The notes under the pieces are model-generated. The model was not told the origin of the DNA. It did no database searches and was given only the letters and a program-made list of their open reading frames with translations. Below are positions 46,499 to 55,177 of a stretch of DNA of 64,000 nucleotides, piece by piece. Both the position numbers and the translations under genes were made by a program. Origin of the DNA: Gemmatimonadales bacterium (GTDB lineage Bacteria > Gemmatimonadota > Gemmatimonadetes > Gemmatimonadales > GWC2-71-9); assembly GCA_035488835.1 (NCBI GenBank), contig DATHKX010000117.1, positions 11,971 through 75,970 on the forward strand, given 5' to 3'. The number at the start of each line of letters is the position of its first letter. The first letter of the stretch is position 1.

Positions 46499-48928
46499 AT
46501 GACTCAGGTGCCCAGCTACGACCCGGCGGTCGTCGAGGCGCGGTGGCAGGAGCGGTGGGCGCGCGAGCACACCAACGAGCCCGACTTGGACCAGCCACGC
46601 CGGCCGTTCTACAACCTCATGATGTTCCCCTATCCCTCCGCCGAGGGACTGCACGTGGGGAACATGTTCGCATTCACCGGCGCCGACATCTACGGCCGCT
46701 TCAAGCGGCTCCACGGCTACGACGTGTTCGAGCCGATCGGGTTCGACGCGTTCGGCATTCACTCCGAGAATTACGCACTCGCGGTCGGCACGCACCCGGC
46801 GAAGCTCATCCCCCAGAACATCGAGACGTTCCGCCGCCAGCTGAGGCGCTTCGGCGGCATGTTCGACTGGCGTCACGAGCTCTCGACCACCGACCCCCGC
46901 TATTACAAGTGGACGCAGTGGATTTTCTTGCAGCTCTTCAAGGCGGGGATCGCGTTCCGGAAGAAGGCGGCGGTCAACTGGTGTCCGAAGGACATGAGCG
47001 TGGTGGCGAACGAGCAGGTGATCAACGGCTACTGCGAGCGCCATCCCGACACGAAGGTCGAGCAGCGGTTCCTCGAGCAGTGGTTCTTCAACATCACCCG
47101 GTACGCGGAGCGTCTGCTCAGGAACCTCGACGGGCTCGACTGGTCCGACTCGACGCGCACGCTGCAGCGTAACTGGATCGGCCGGAGCGAAGGGGCGGAG
47201 CTGATTTTCGAGACCCCGGCCGGCGCCAAGATCCCCGTGTTCACGACCCGCCCCGACACGGTGTTCGGCGCGACGTATCTGGTGCTCGCGCCCGAGCACC
47301 CGCTCGTGGATCAACTCACGGCCGACGAGCAGCGGCGCCAGGTGAACGCCTACCGGCGCGAGGTGCAGGGGAAGGACCTCGTGTCCCGCCGCGTCGGCGA
47401 CAGGACCAAGACCGGCGTGTTCCTCGGCTCCTACGCCCGCAATCCGGCCACGGGTGAGGCGATCCCCATCTGGATCGCGGACTACGTGCTCATGGAATAC
47501 GGCACCGGGGCGATCATGGCGGTGCCTGCCCACGACAAGCGCGACTTCGAGTTCGCGACCCGGTTCAACCTTCCGATCCGCGAAGTGGTGCGCACCGGCG
47601 AGCCGCTCCCGAGCGTGACGGAGGACGGGGAGCTGATCAATTCGGGGGAGTTCGACGGGCTCCCGTGCGGCGAGGCCAGGCAGCGGATCGTGGCATGGCT
47701 CCAGGCAAAGAGCCTTGCCACACCCCAGGTACAGTACCGCCTGCACGACTGGTGCATCTCGCGGCAGCGGTACTGGGGCCCGCCCATCCCCATCATCCAC
47801 TGCGACCGCTGTGGTCCCGTGGGCGTGCCGGAGCGGGACCTCCCGGTCCTGCTGCCGCTCATCGAGGATTTCCGCCCCGATTCGAGCGGCGTGAGCCCGC
47901 TCGCGCGACACAAGGAGTGGTACTACGCGAAGTGCCCGCAGTGCGGCGCGCAGGGGCGACGCGAGACCGACGTCTCCGACACGTTCCTCGATTCGGCCTG
48001 GTACTATCTCCGCTACCCGTCGACCGAGTTCGACGACCGGCCGTGGGACCCGAAGCGCACCACGACGTGGCTTCCGGTGACGAGCTATATCGGCGGGAAC
48101 GAGCACGCCGTTCTGCATCTGCTGTATTCGCGGTTTGTCACCATGGTGCTGCAGGAGCTCGGGCACGTGCACTTCGAAGAGCCGTTCCCCAAGCTCCGGG
48201 CCCACGGGCTGATCATCAAGGACGGCGCGAAGATGTCCAAGTCGCGGGGCAATGTGGTGATCCCCGACGCGTACATACAGCAGTGGGGCGCCGACACCTT
48301 CCGGATGTACCTGATGTTCCTCGGGCCGTTTCAGGAGGGCGGTGACTTTCGCGAGACCGGGATCATCGGCATCCGGCGCTTCCTCGACAAGGTGTGGGCC
48401 ACCGCCCATGAGGCCGCGGAACTGACGCCGGGAACCCCGGGCTCGCGCCCGGGGTCAGTACTTCCGCCCGAAGTCGCGCGCAAGCTGCACCAGACGATCA
48501 GGAAGGTCACCGCGGACACCGAGGGCCTCGACTACAACACGGCGATCGCGGCGATGATGGAGTACGTGAACTTGCTGCGGGATGCGGGATGCGCGGCGCG
48601 GGATGCGGTCGAGCCCCTAGTCGTGATGCTGGCGCCGTACGCGCCCCACGTCGCCGAAGAGCTGTGGTCGTTGCTCGGACATGAGCGGTCGATCTTCACG
48701 GCGACGTGGCCCGCGTTCGACGAGCGGCTCGCCGTCGCCGGAGACGTGGAAGTGGTGGTGCAGGTGAACGGCAAGGTCCGCGGGCGGGTGACGGTGAGCC
48801 GGGGCGCGAGCGAGGCGGAGGTCGTCGCGCGGGCGATGCAGGACGAATCGGTGCGGAAGTTCGTGGACGGGAAGCCCGTTCGGAAAACGGTCTATGTTCA
48901 GGATCGCCTGTTGAACTTCGTGGTCTAG
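46499..48928 (+). CDS. leuS: leucine--tRNA ligase
   Basis: Track ORF 809 aa. HIGH-type LHVGN, KMSKS, and DWCISRQRYWG. Confidence 0.95.
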   Translation: MTQVPSYDPAVVEARWQERWAREHTNEPDLDQPRRPFYNLMMFPYPSAEGLHVGNMFAFTGADIYGRFKRLHGYDVFEPIGFDAFGIHSENYALAVGTHPAKLIPQNIETFRRQLRRFGGMFDWRHELSTTDPRYYKWTQWIFLQLFKAGIAFRKKAAVNWCPKDMSVVANEQVINGYCERHPDTKVEQRFLEQWFFNITRYAERLLRNLDGLDWSDSTRTLQRNWIGRSEGAELIFETPAGAKIPVFTTRPDTVFGATYLVLAPEHPLVDQLTADEQRRQVNAYRREVQGKDLVSRRVGDRTKTGVFLGSYARNPATGEAIPIWIADYVLMEYGTGAIMAVPAHDKRDFEFATRFNLPIREVVRTGEPLPSVTEDGELINSGEFDGLPCGEARQRIVAWLQAKSLATPQVQYRLHDWCISRQRYWGPPIPIIHCDRCGPVGVPERDLPVLLPLIEDFRPDSSGVSPLARHKEWYYAKCPQCGAQGRRETDVSDTFLDSAWYYLRYPSTEFDDRPWDPKRTTTWLPVTSYIGGNEHAVLHLLYSRFVTMVLQELGHVHFEEPFPKLRAHGLIIKDGAKMSKSRGNVVIPDAYIQQWGADTFRMYLMFLGPFQEGGDFRETGIIGIRRFLDKVWATAHEAAELTPGTPGSRPGSVLPPEVARKLHQTIRKVTADTEGLDYNTAIAAMMEYVNLLRDAGCAARDAVEPLVVMLAPYAPHVAEELWSLLGHERSIFTATWPAFDERLAVAGDVEVVVQVNGKVRGRVTVSRGASEAEVVARAMQDESVRKFVDGKPVRKTVYVQDRLLNFVV

Positions 48929-50037
48929 AAGATCTTCGCCACCACGTCGCCGACCAGGTACCCGATCGCGGCGACGCCCAGCCCCACCGCGAACATATCG
49001 ATGCCGCTCCGGATCACGCCCCGCCCGGTGAAGACGCTGCGCGCCGCGCCGACCGCGAAGTGGGAGAGCATCGCGATCGTGAACGCCGTCCAGGCGGCCG
49101 TGCGCCCGCTGAACAGGAGGAACGGCGCTACGGGGATGAACGCGCCGACCGCCGTCGCGGTGCCGGTGACCCAACCCTCCTTGAACGGCGTCGCGTGGGC
49201 CTCACCGATTTTCAGCTCTTCCCGCACCTGCTCCTCGAGAGCCCGTTGGGGGTCGCGCATCACTTCGGCCGCCATCTTGCGTGCGACGGCGGCCTCGATG
49301 CCCTTCGTCTGATACACGAGCGAGAGCTCTTCCTCCTCCACCTCGGGCATGATGCGGATCTCCTCCTTCTCCATCGCGATCTCGTGGTCGTACACCTCTT
49401 GCTCGCTCTTCGCCGCGAGATAGCCCGAAGCGCCCATCGACAGCGCGTCGGCGAACATTCCCGAAATGCCCGAGACAAGCACGATGTGCGGCGCGACCTC
49501 GGCGCCGATCACGCCCGCCACCAGACCGAAATTCGCCGTCAGCCCGTCGTTGAACCCGTACACCACGTTGCGCAGGAAGCCCCCCGACCCCGTCTTGTGC
49601 CAGGGTTCCGCGGGCCGGCCGGCGAGACCCGCCAGCGTCTCGGCATGCGCCGCCGACTCCTTGGCGAGCTTGAGCGAGACCTCCCGCGCGTCGTCGAAGC
49701 TGGCCTGCTTGTGGAGGTCCATGTACCCCTTCACTTCCTGCCCCTCTTCGCGCAGCAGCAAAGGCAACAGGTAGTTGGGCCCGAAGCGACGCCCGAACCA
49801 GGCCCTCAGACGCGCGTTCAGGGACGGGCGCGGCCGGCCGACGTGGTGGCCGTGTTCGCCGAGCAGCTGCTCCCACATCTGCACGTGACGCTCCTCCACT
49901 CCGGCCAGCTTGATGTAGACATCCTTGCGTTTCTGGTCCGGCTCCTGGCCGGCCAGCACCAGGTAGAGGTAGGCGGCGTCGTATTCGTCCTGCCAATGGT
50001 GCAGCCAGGTGTGAAGCGTGGCTCGGTCGAGAGGCAT
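48925..50037 (-). CDS. ferritin-like (rubrerythrin-type) domain fused to a VIT1/CCC1 iron/manganese transporter
   Basis: Start trimmed to ATG 50037. C-terminal VIT1 motifs (VYGFNDGLTANFGLVAG, SMGASGYLAAKSE). Confidence 0.8.
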   Translation of the reverse strand: MPLDRATLHTWLHHWQDEYDAAYLYLVLAGQEPDQKRKDVYIKLAGVEERHVQMWEQLLGEHGHHVGRPRPSLNARLRAWFGRRFGPNYLLPLLLREEGQEVKGYMDLHKQASFDDAREVSLKLAKESAAHAETLAGLAGRPAEPWHKTGSGGFLRNVVYGFNDGLTANFGLVAGVIGAEVAPHIVLVSGISGMFADALSMGASGYLAAKSEQEVYDHEIAMEKEEIRIMPEVEEEELSLVYQTKGIEAAVARKMAAEVMRDPQRALEEQVREELKIGEAHATPFKEGWVTGTATAVGAFIPVAPFLLFSGRTAAWTAFTIAMLSHFAVGAARSVFTGRGVIRSGIDMFAVGLGVAAIGYLVGDVVAKIF

Positions 50038-50081
50038 GACTGAAAATAGCCGCAACTCATAGAATAGCAATCGGTTAGACG

Positions 50082-50136
50082 GCGTCACGGAGACAGCGTC
50101 ACGTTTACGACGTCACGTGACGCCGTAATCGTGACG
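50082..50136. promoter_or_regulatory. cluster of four CGTCACG/CGTGACG motifs including a 24-bp near-perfect palindrome (candidate operator)
   Basis: GCGTCACG at 50082 and 50096, CGTCACGTGACG at 50111-50122, CGTGACG at 50130. The palindrome TTACGACGTCAC|GTGACGCCGTAA spans 50105-50128 (11/12). Confidence 0.5.
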
Positions 50137-50184
50137 TCGTCCCGCGACGCCTTTCGTAGTTCACGCATCTTTCTCTTTCAGGAG

Positions 50185-50784
50185 ATGACGATTTCTCTCG
50201 CCGTTCCAGACATTCTCGTTGCCCGGGCGAAGTCAGGCGACCTGGAAGCGCTCGAGGCGCTCTACCGGGCGTTCGAGACGCCCGTGTACAATCTCGCCCT
50301 CCGTGTCCTGCGGCGCCCCGAGGACGCCGAGGACGTGCTGCAGGAGACGTTTCTCGAGGTCGTCCGGAGCATCAAGCAGTACCGCGGCGAAGGACACCTG
50401 TGGGGCTGGATCCGGCAGATCGCCACCTCGAAGGCCCTGATGCGGATCCGGCATGACCGGGTACGCGAGACGGAGCAGTTGCACGAGGAGTCGGTGGTGG
50501 GGGCGGGGGGCGGGGCGGGGGCGGGCGACATGGCTGGAGTGGGGGTGATCGGAGCGTCGGCGGGAATGAGCCCGGGCAGCGTGCCTGCTCAAATCGATCT
50601 CGAGCGGGCATTCGAGCGGTTGAGCGAGACGTCGCGAGCGGTGGTATGGCTGCACGATGTCGAGGGCTACACCCACGAGGAGATCGCGGAGCAGATGGGC
50701 AAGACGGTGAGCTTTTCCAAGTCGCAGCTGGCGCGGGCTCACGTGCGGTTGCGGCGGATGCTCGATGAAGGAGTCTCACAATGA
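50185..50784 (+). CDS. ECF-type RNA polymerase sigma-70 family factor
   Basis: ATG 50185 with a CAGGAG RBS. Region 2 (DAEDVLQETFLEVV...WIRQIATSKAL) and region 4 (GYTHEEIAEQMGKTVSFSKSQLARA). Gly/Ala-rich linker insertion. Confidence 0.88.
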   Translation: MTISLAVPDILVARAKSGDLEALEALYRAFETPVYNLALRVLRRPEDAEDVLQETFLEVVRSIKQYRGEGHLWGWIRQIATSKALMRIRHDRVRETEQLHEESVVGAGGGAGAGDMAGVGVIGASAGMSPGSVPAQIDLERAFERLSETSRAVVWLHDVEGYTHEEIAEQMGKTVSFSKSQLARAHVRLRRMLDEGVSQ

Positions 50785-51365
50785 TGCACTGCACGATGGA
50801 CGACTTGTTGGCGTTGCGGGCCGGGGAAGGGTCCGCGTGGGCGCGGCAGCACGCCGCGGGATGCGCGGCGTGCCGGGCGGAGCTCGAGGCGCTGTACCAG
50901 CGCGTGGCGCAGTTGAAGGCGCTGCCGGCGCGGCGGCCGGCGCGGGACCGCTGGCCCGCGGTGCGGGATGGGGTTCTGGCCGAGCGGCGCCGGCGTCGCG
51001 GGCGGTGGGGCGTCTCGGGCCTCGCCGCCGCCGCGGCGCTCGCCGGCCTCCTCGTGTTCCGGCCGTTCTGGACGAAACCCGTTGACGCCGCCGAGCTCGC
51101 CCGCGTGAAGCAGCAATCGGCGACGCTCGAGCAGCAGCTCCAGCGCTACGATCCCGACGGACGGGTGACGAGCGGCCGCTCTGCGGCGCTCGCCGCCGCC
51201 CTGGAAGACCGCATTGCCGTTATCGACGGCGAGCTGGCACAGCTGGGCCCCTCTCGAGCCCAGGCGCGTCCTGCCGATCTCGTCACACTGTGGCAGCAGC
51301 GCGTGGAGCTCATGGAGCAGCTCATGACCGTCCACGTCACTCGCGCCGCTTACGTGGGGCTCTAG
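50781..51365 (+). CDS. anti-sigma factor (zf-HC2-like, single TM)
   Basis: ATGA overlap with the sigma gene. H-x3-C-x2-C (HAAGCAACRAE) and a central TM segment. Confidence 0.7.
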   Translation: MMHCTMDDLLALRAGEGSAWARQHAAGCAACRAELEALYQRVAQLKALPARRPARDRWPAVRDGVLAERRRRRGRWGVSGLAAAAALAGLLVFRPFWTKPVDAAELARVKQQSATLEQQLQRYDPDGRVTSGRSAALAAALEDRIAVIDGELAQLGPSRAQARPADLVTLWQQRVELMEQLMTVHVTRAAYVGL

Positions 51366-51386
51366 CGCCCCGGAGGGTTATCGCAC

Positions 51387-52286
51387 ATGCAGCAGAAGTG
51401 GATCATCGTCGCGGCGGCACTGGCCGCCTGGCCGGCCGGGCTCATGGCGCAGGGGACGCCGCGCCCGCCCCGTCCGCCGCGCGAGCCGCGCGCGCGGGCA
51501 TTCATGTTGGGCGACCACCGCGGCCGGATCGGCGTCGTGGTACGCACCGACGCGAGCCCGGAAACCGACAAGATCGGAGCAAAAATCGAAGGGGTCACGC
51601 CTGGGGGTCCCGCGGACAAGGCGGGCCTGAAGGTCGGCGACATCATCACGAAGTTCAAGGGCACGTCGCTCGCCGCCGTGAAGGCGGAAGACGAAGACGA
51701 GTCCGGCCCCGGGAGGAAGCTGGTCGAGCTCGCCCGCCGGCTCGAGCCCGACGACACGGTGCAGGTCGAGTTTCGCCGGGGCACTGACACGAAACAGGCG
51801 ACGCTCGTCGCCGCGGATCTGGGATCAACCTTTCGCATGGAGATGCCCGCGCCGCCCGAGATCGCCATGGGCCCGATGCTCGGCATGGACCACTTCGAGA
51901 TGTTTGGATCGCCGTGGGGCGATCTCGAGCTCGTCAGCCTCAACGCCGACCTGGGGGAATACTTCGGCACGAAGGACGGCGTCCTCGTCGTGAAGGCGCC
52001 GGCGGACTCGAGCCTGCCCCTGAAGGGCGGCGACGTGATCACGTCCATTGGCGGGCGGAAGCCCGCGAACCCGTCGCACGCGATGCGGATCCTCCGATCG
52101 TACGAGAAAGGCGAATCCGTGTCGATCGAGATCCTGCGCAAGCAGAAGCGCATGACCCTGACCTGGAAGGTTCCGGCGCGCGAAGACCGCTTCATGCGCA
52201 TGCACGAGGAGCACGAAGGGCATGAGGATCAGAGCGGCCTGCGGCACCTGCAGCCCCGCCGCCGGCTGCACCTGCAGCGCGCCTGA
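51387..52286 (+). CDS. secreted protein with two PDZ domains
   Basis: Signal peptide. GGPADKAGLKVGDIITKF and LPLKGGDVITSIGG PDZ motifs. His/Glu-rich tail. Confidence 0.75.
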   Translation: MQQKWIIVAAALAAWPAGLMAQGTPRPPRPPREPRARAFMLGDHRGRIGVVVRTDASPETDKIGAKIEGVTPGGPADKAGLKVGDIITKFKGTSLAAVKAEDEDESGPGRKLVELARRLEPDDTVQVEFRRGTDTKQATLVAADLGSTFRMEMPAPPEIAMGPMLGMDHFEMFGSPWGDLELVSLNADLGEYFGTKDGVLVVKAPADSSLPLKGGDVITSIGGRKPANPSHAMRILRSYEKGESVSIEILRKQKRMTLTWKVPAREDRFMRMHEEHEGHEDQSGLRHLQPRRRLHLQRA

Positions 52287-52311
52287 TGGACCTGCGCCGG
52301 TTGAACGAATC

Positions 52312-52346
52312 GGGGGCCACGGACGACGCGGCCCCCGTTGTGTTTT
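52312..52346 (+). terminator. rho-independent-type terminator after the PDZ gene
   Basis: GGGGGCC-11 nt-GGCCCCC followed by GTTGTGTTTT. Confidence 0.55.
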
Positions 52347-52362
52347 GGCCCGTCGACGCGAC

Positions 52363-54285
52363 TCAGGACGCGCGCCGCGCCGGCAGCACCTGGTCGAAGG
52401 CGGCGAACTCGAACGGCTTCGGCACGCAGGGCCGGCCGGTGGAAGCGAGGAAGGTGCGCACGCTGTCGTCCACCAGCTGCCCGGTCGTGAAGATCACGCG
52501 CTCCGCATAGGATGGGTCGCGGGCCTTGAGCTCCCCGAACAGCTGCTCTCCCGACACATCCGGCATCCGCATGTCGATGATGACCGCATCGAATGCGTCC
52601 TCGCGCATGCGGGCGAGCGCCTCCCGGCCGCTCGCGGTCGTCTCCACCTCGTGGCCTTTGCCCGAGAGATAGCGCTGCAGCGCCACCCGGACTGAGGCCT
52701 CGTCGTCCACCACGAGCACGTGCAGCCGGTCCGCGACCAGATGCGAGGCCGGGGTGCTCTGGAACTCGCCCGTTGGGCGCGGGGCCACGATCGGCAGCTC
52801 GATCACGAACCGGGCGCCCCCCTGGGGGGCGTTCTCCGCCCAGATGCGCCCCTCGTGCTCGCGCACGATGCCCAGCGAAATGGAGAGCCCGAGCCCTGTG
52901 CCCGAACCCGTGGGCTTGGTGGTGAAGAACGGGTTGAAGATGCGCTCGAGCAGATTGGGCGGGATGCCGGGACCCGTGTCTTCGACCTCGATCCGGATCA
53001 GATCGCCGGTGCGGCGGGTGCGAATGGCCAGACGCTGCTGGTCCCGCTCCGCGCGCTCCATCGCCTGCTCGGCGTTGGTGATCAGGTTCAGGAACACCTG
53101 CTGCAACTGGTGCGCGTCCGCCATCGTCTCGGGGGACTGCTCATCGTAGTCCCGCTGCACGTCGATGCCGCGCACCCGCAGCTCGTAGCCGCGCAGCTCG
53201 AGGGTGTCATCGAGCACCTGGTTGACGGAGGTGGGGGTGCGCTCCGGCTTGTGCTGGCGGGCGAACGTCAGGAGGTTCTGCACGATACGCGACGCGCGCC
53301 GGGCCTCCGCGTAGATCATCTCGGCGGCCGTCCGCTGATCGGGTGGGAAGCGCTTCTCGGAGAGGAGCAGCTGCGCGAAGGCCGAAATGCCGGCTAGCGG
53401 ATTGTTCAGCTCGTGCGCCACGCCCGACACGAGCTGCCCGATCGCGGACATCTTCTCCGACTGGATCAGCTGCTCCTGCAGCATCTTCTGGTCGGTCACG
53501 TCGCGGATCACGCACAGCACTTCTTCGTCGAGCCGCGGCGTCGAGTACGTCACCTGAATCGTGCGGACGTCGCCGTCCTTGCGGTAGAAGCTCGTTTCGA
53601 ACAGGCCGGTCTCGCCGGAGAGCGCTTTCTGGAAGTTCGCGAGCGCCTTGGGGAGCTCATCGTCCGGCAGCATCGGGGCGAACCATTGACCCACCAGCTC
53701 TTCGCGCCGGTAGCCGGAGATGATCTCGGCGGCGTGGTTGAAGGTGGTGAAGCGGCCGTTCGCGTCGAACGTCGCGATCGCGTCCGAGGCCGACTCGAAC
53801 AGGTTGCGGTAGCGCGCCTCCGACCGCGCGAGGGTGTCCTGCGCCTGCTTCTCTTCGGTGACGTCGCGCAACGTCGCCACCGTGCCAAGCAGCTCGCCCT
53901 CGACCACTAAGGGGGTAGTGGATACGGCGACGACGCGCTCGTCCCCGTTCGCGCCGACGATCTTTGTCTCGTACCGCTGCTCTTCGCCCTCGACCGCCCG
54001 GTGCTCCCGCTCGGCGACGTGCTGCCGCTCGGCGATGGCCACGAGGTCGTCGATCGGCGTTCCCGGGAGGTCCTCGAGGGGTCGACCGAACAACTCGGCC
54101 GCCGCGCGGTTCGCGGTCAGCACTTGCCGATCCACCCCGGTCACCACCACTGCGTCGGCGAGGGCGGCCACGATCTCCGACGCCACACGCAACGGGTCGA
54201 ACACCCGGCGCTTGGCTGTAGCGTTCGGCGATGCCGGCGGCGGCCGCATCCCCCGTGTCGGTGAAACGCGCCTGCCCTTACTCAT
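52363..54285 (-). CDS. hybrid sensor histidine kinase (2 PAS, HisKA, HATPase, C-terminal receiver)
   Basis: ATG 54285 overlaps the upstream stop (ATGA). H-box SGVAHELNNPL, G-boxes DTGPGI and GSGTGLGLS, receiver VLVVDDE...IIDMRMP. Confidence 0.9.
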   Translation of the reverse strand: MSKGRRVSPTRGMRPPPASPNATAKRRVFDPLRVASEIVAALADAVVVTGVDRQVLTANRAAAELFGRPLEDLPGTPIDDLVAIAERQHVAEREHRAVEGEEQRYETKIVGANGDERVVAVSTTPLVVEGELLGTVATLRDVTEEKQAQDTLARSEARYRNLFESASDAIATFDANGRFTTFNHAAEIISGYRREELVGQWFAPMLPDDELPKALANFQKALSGETGLFETSFYRKDGDVRTIQVTYSTPRLDEEVLCVIRDVTDQKMLQEQLIQSEKMSAIGQLVSGVAHELNNPLAGISAFAQLLLSEKRFPPDQRTAAEMIYAEARRASRIVQNLLTFARQHKPERTPTSVNQVLDDTLELRGYELRVRGIDVQRDYDEQSPETMADAHQLQQVFLNLITNAEQAMERAERDQQRLAIRTRRTGDLIRIEVEDTGPGIPPNLLERIFNPFFTTKPTGSGTGLGLSISLGIVREHEGRIWAENAPQGGARFVIELPIVAPRPTGEFQSTPASHLVADRLHVLVVDDEASVRVALQRYLSGKGHEVETTASGREALARMREDAFDAVIIDMRMPDVSGEQLFGELKARDPSYAERVIFTTGQLVDDSVRTFLASTGRPCVPKPFEFAAFDQVLPARRAS

Positions 54286-54956
54286 GAGTCGTACGACGCC
54301 ACCATGGCTGCTTTCATCAGGTCGAGACTCTTCAGCGCCGACTCGGTGACGCTCTGCGGCGCCTCCCCGCGCTTGACGCAGCTCTTGATGATCTCGAGGG
54401 CATGGATCGGATGCTCGTCGTCGTACTTCGCATGCTCCTCGAGCCACCAGCGCCCCCGCGGGCCGATCTTCTCGTTCTTCGCGAGCCCGCGCAGCGCCTT
54501 CTCCGAGATCTTCTGCGCCACGCCCTCGACCGCGTAGTTGGTCGCCGACACCGCCGAGCCGAACGTGGCGCCACGGCCCATCTCGGTGAGGTAGCCGTGG
54601 AACTCCTTCACCTCGGGGATCATCGGCTCCGGAATCTGGAAGCGCTCTTTGGGGACGTTAAACCCGTCCCCCATCGCGCGCCACATGGCGTCGTGGCGCT
54701 TTTCCACGCGGATGTTGTCGCGGAAGAAGACCTTGCCGTCCTCCGGCGAACGGTCCAGCAGCACCTGCAGCCACTGCGGGAAGTCGCGGATGATCGGGTA
54801 GAAGTTCACGAGGAAGTTCTGGATTTGGCCGTCGACCAGCTGGTTCTCCGAGGCGTCCACGATCACCGGAGTGTCGAGGATGGCCTCACGGCTCGGATCC
54901 AAAACGGCATCCAGGTCGGCCACCCATTTTGGGTGGGGGGTCACCTGTACGGACAT
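54282..54956 (-). CDS. heme-oxygenase-like fold (TenA/PqqC/iron-containing redox enzyme family) protein
   Basis: ATG 54956 with a GGAGGAG RBS. All-helical, with E/H-rich motifs (VEKRHDAMW, EEHAKYDDEHPIHALE) typical of HO-like diiron proteins. Confidence 0.6.
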   Translation of the reverse strand: MSVQVTPHPKWVADLDAVLDPSREAILDTPVIVDASENQLVDGQIQNFLVNFYPIIRDFPQWLQVLLDRSPEDGKVFFRDNIRVEKRHDAMWRAMGDGFNVPKERFQIPEPMIPEVKEFHGYLTEMGRGATFGSAVSATNYAVEGVAQKISEKALRGLAKNEKIGPRGRWWLEEHAKYDDEHPIHALEIIKSCVKRGEAPQSVTESALKSLDLMKAAMVASYDS

Positions 54957-55118
54957 CGGGTCTCCTCCCAGGGCGCTCGAGCAATGGAAAAAGGGGTCTC
55001 GCGCGGGCTCCAAATGTAGCGCCGCAGTCCCTCTGCACAAGTTCATGCGGCCTTACAACTTGTGCGAGGGTGATCGGGATGGCTGTGAGCGTCATTACCG
55101 CGCCAAGCCCCCGACCCG

Positions 55119-55146
55119 TTGACGCGATATATCGTCCAGTAATATC
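55119..55146 (+). promoter_or_regulatory. sigma-70-like promoter with embedded 10-bp palindrome upstream of padR
   Basis: TTGACG (55119-55124), CGATATATCG palindrome (55125-55134), TAATAT/AATATC around 55140-55146. The 15-16 nt spacer is short. Confidence 0.35.
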
Positions 55147-55177
55147 TTCGCGTTACATCGCACACCACGGAGCAGGT

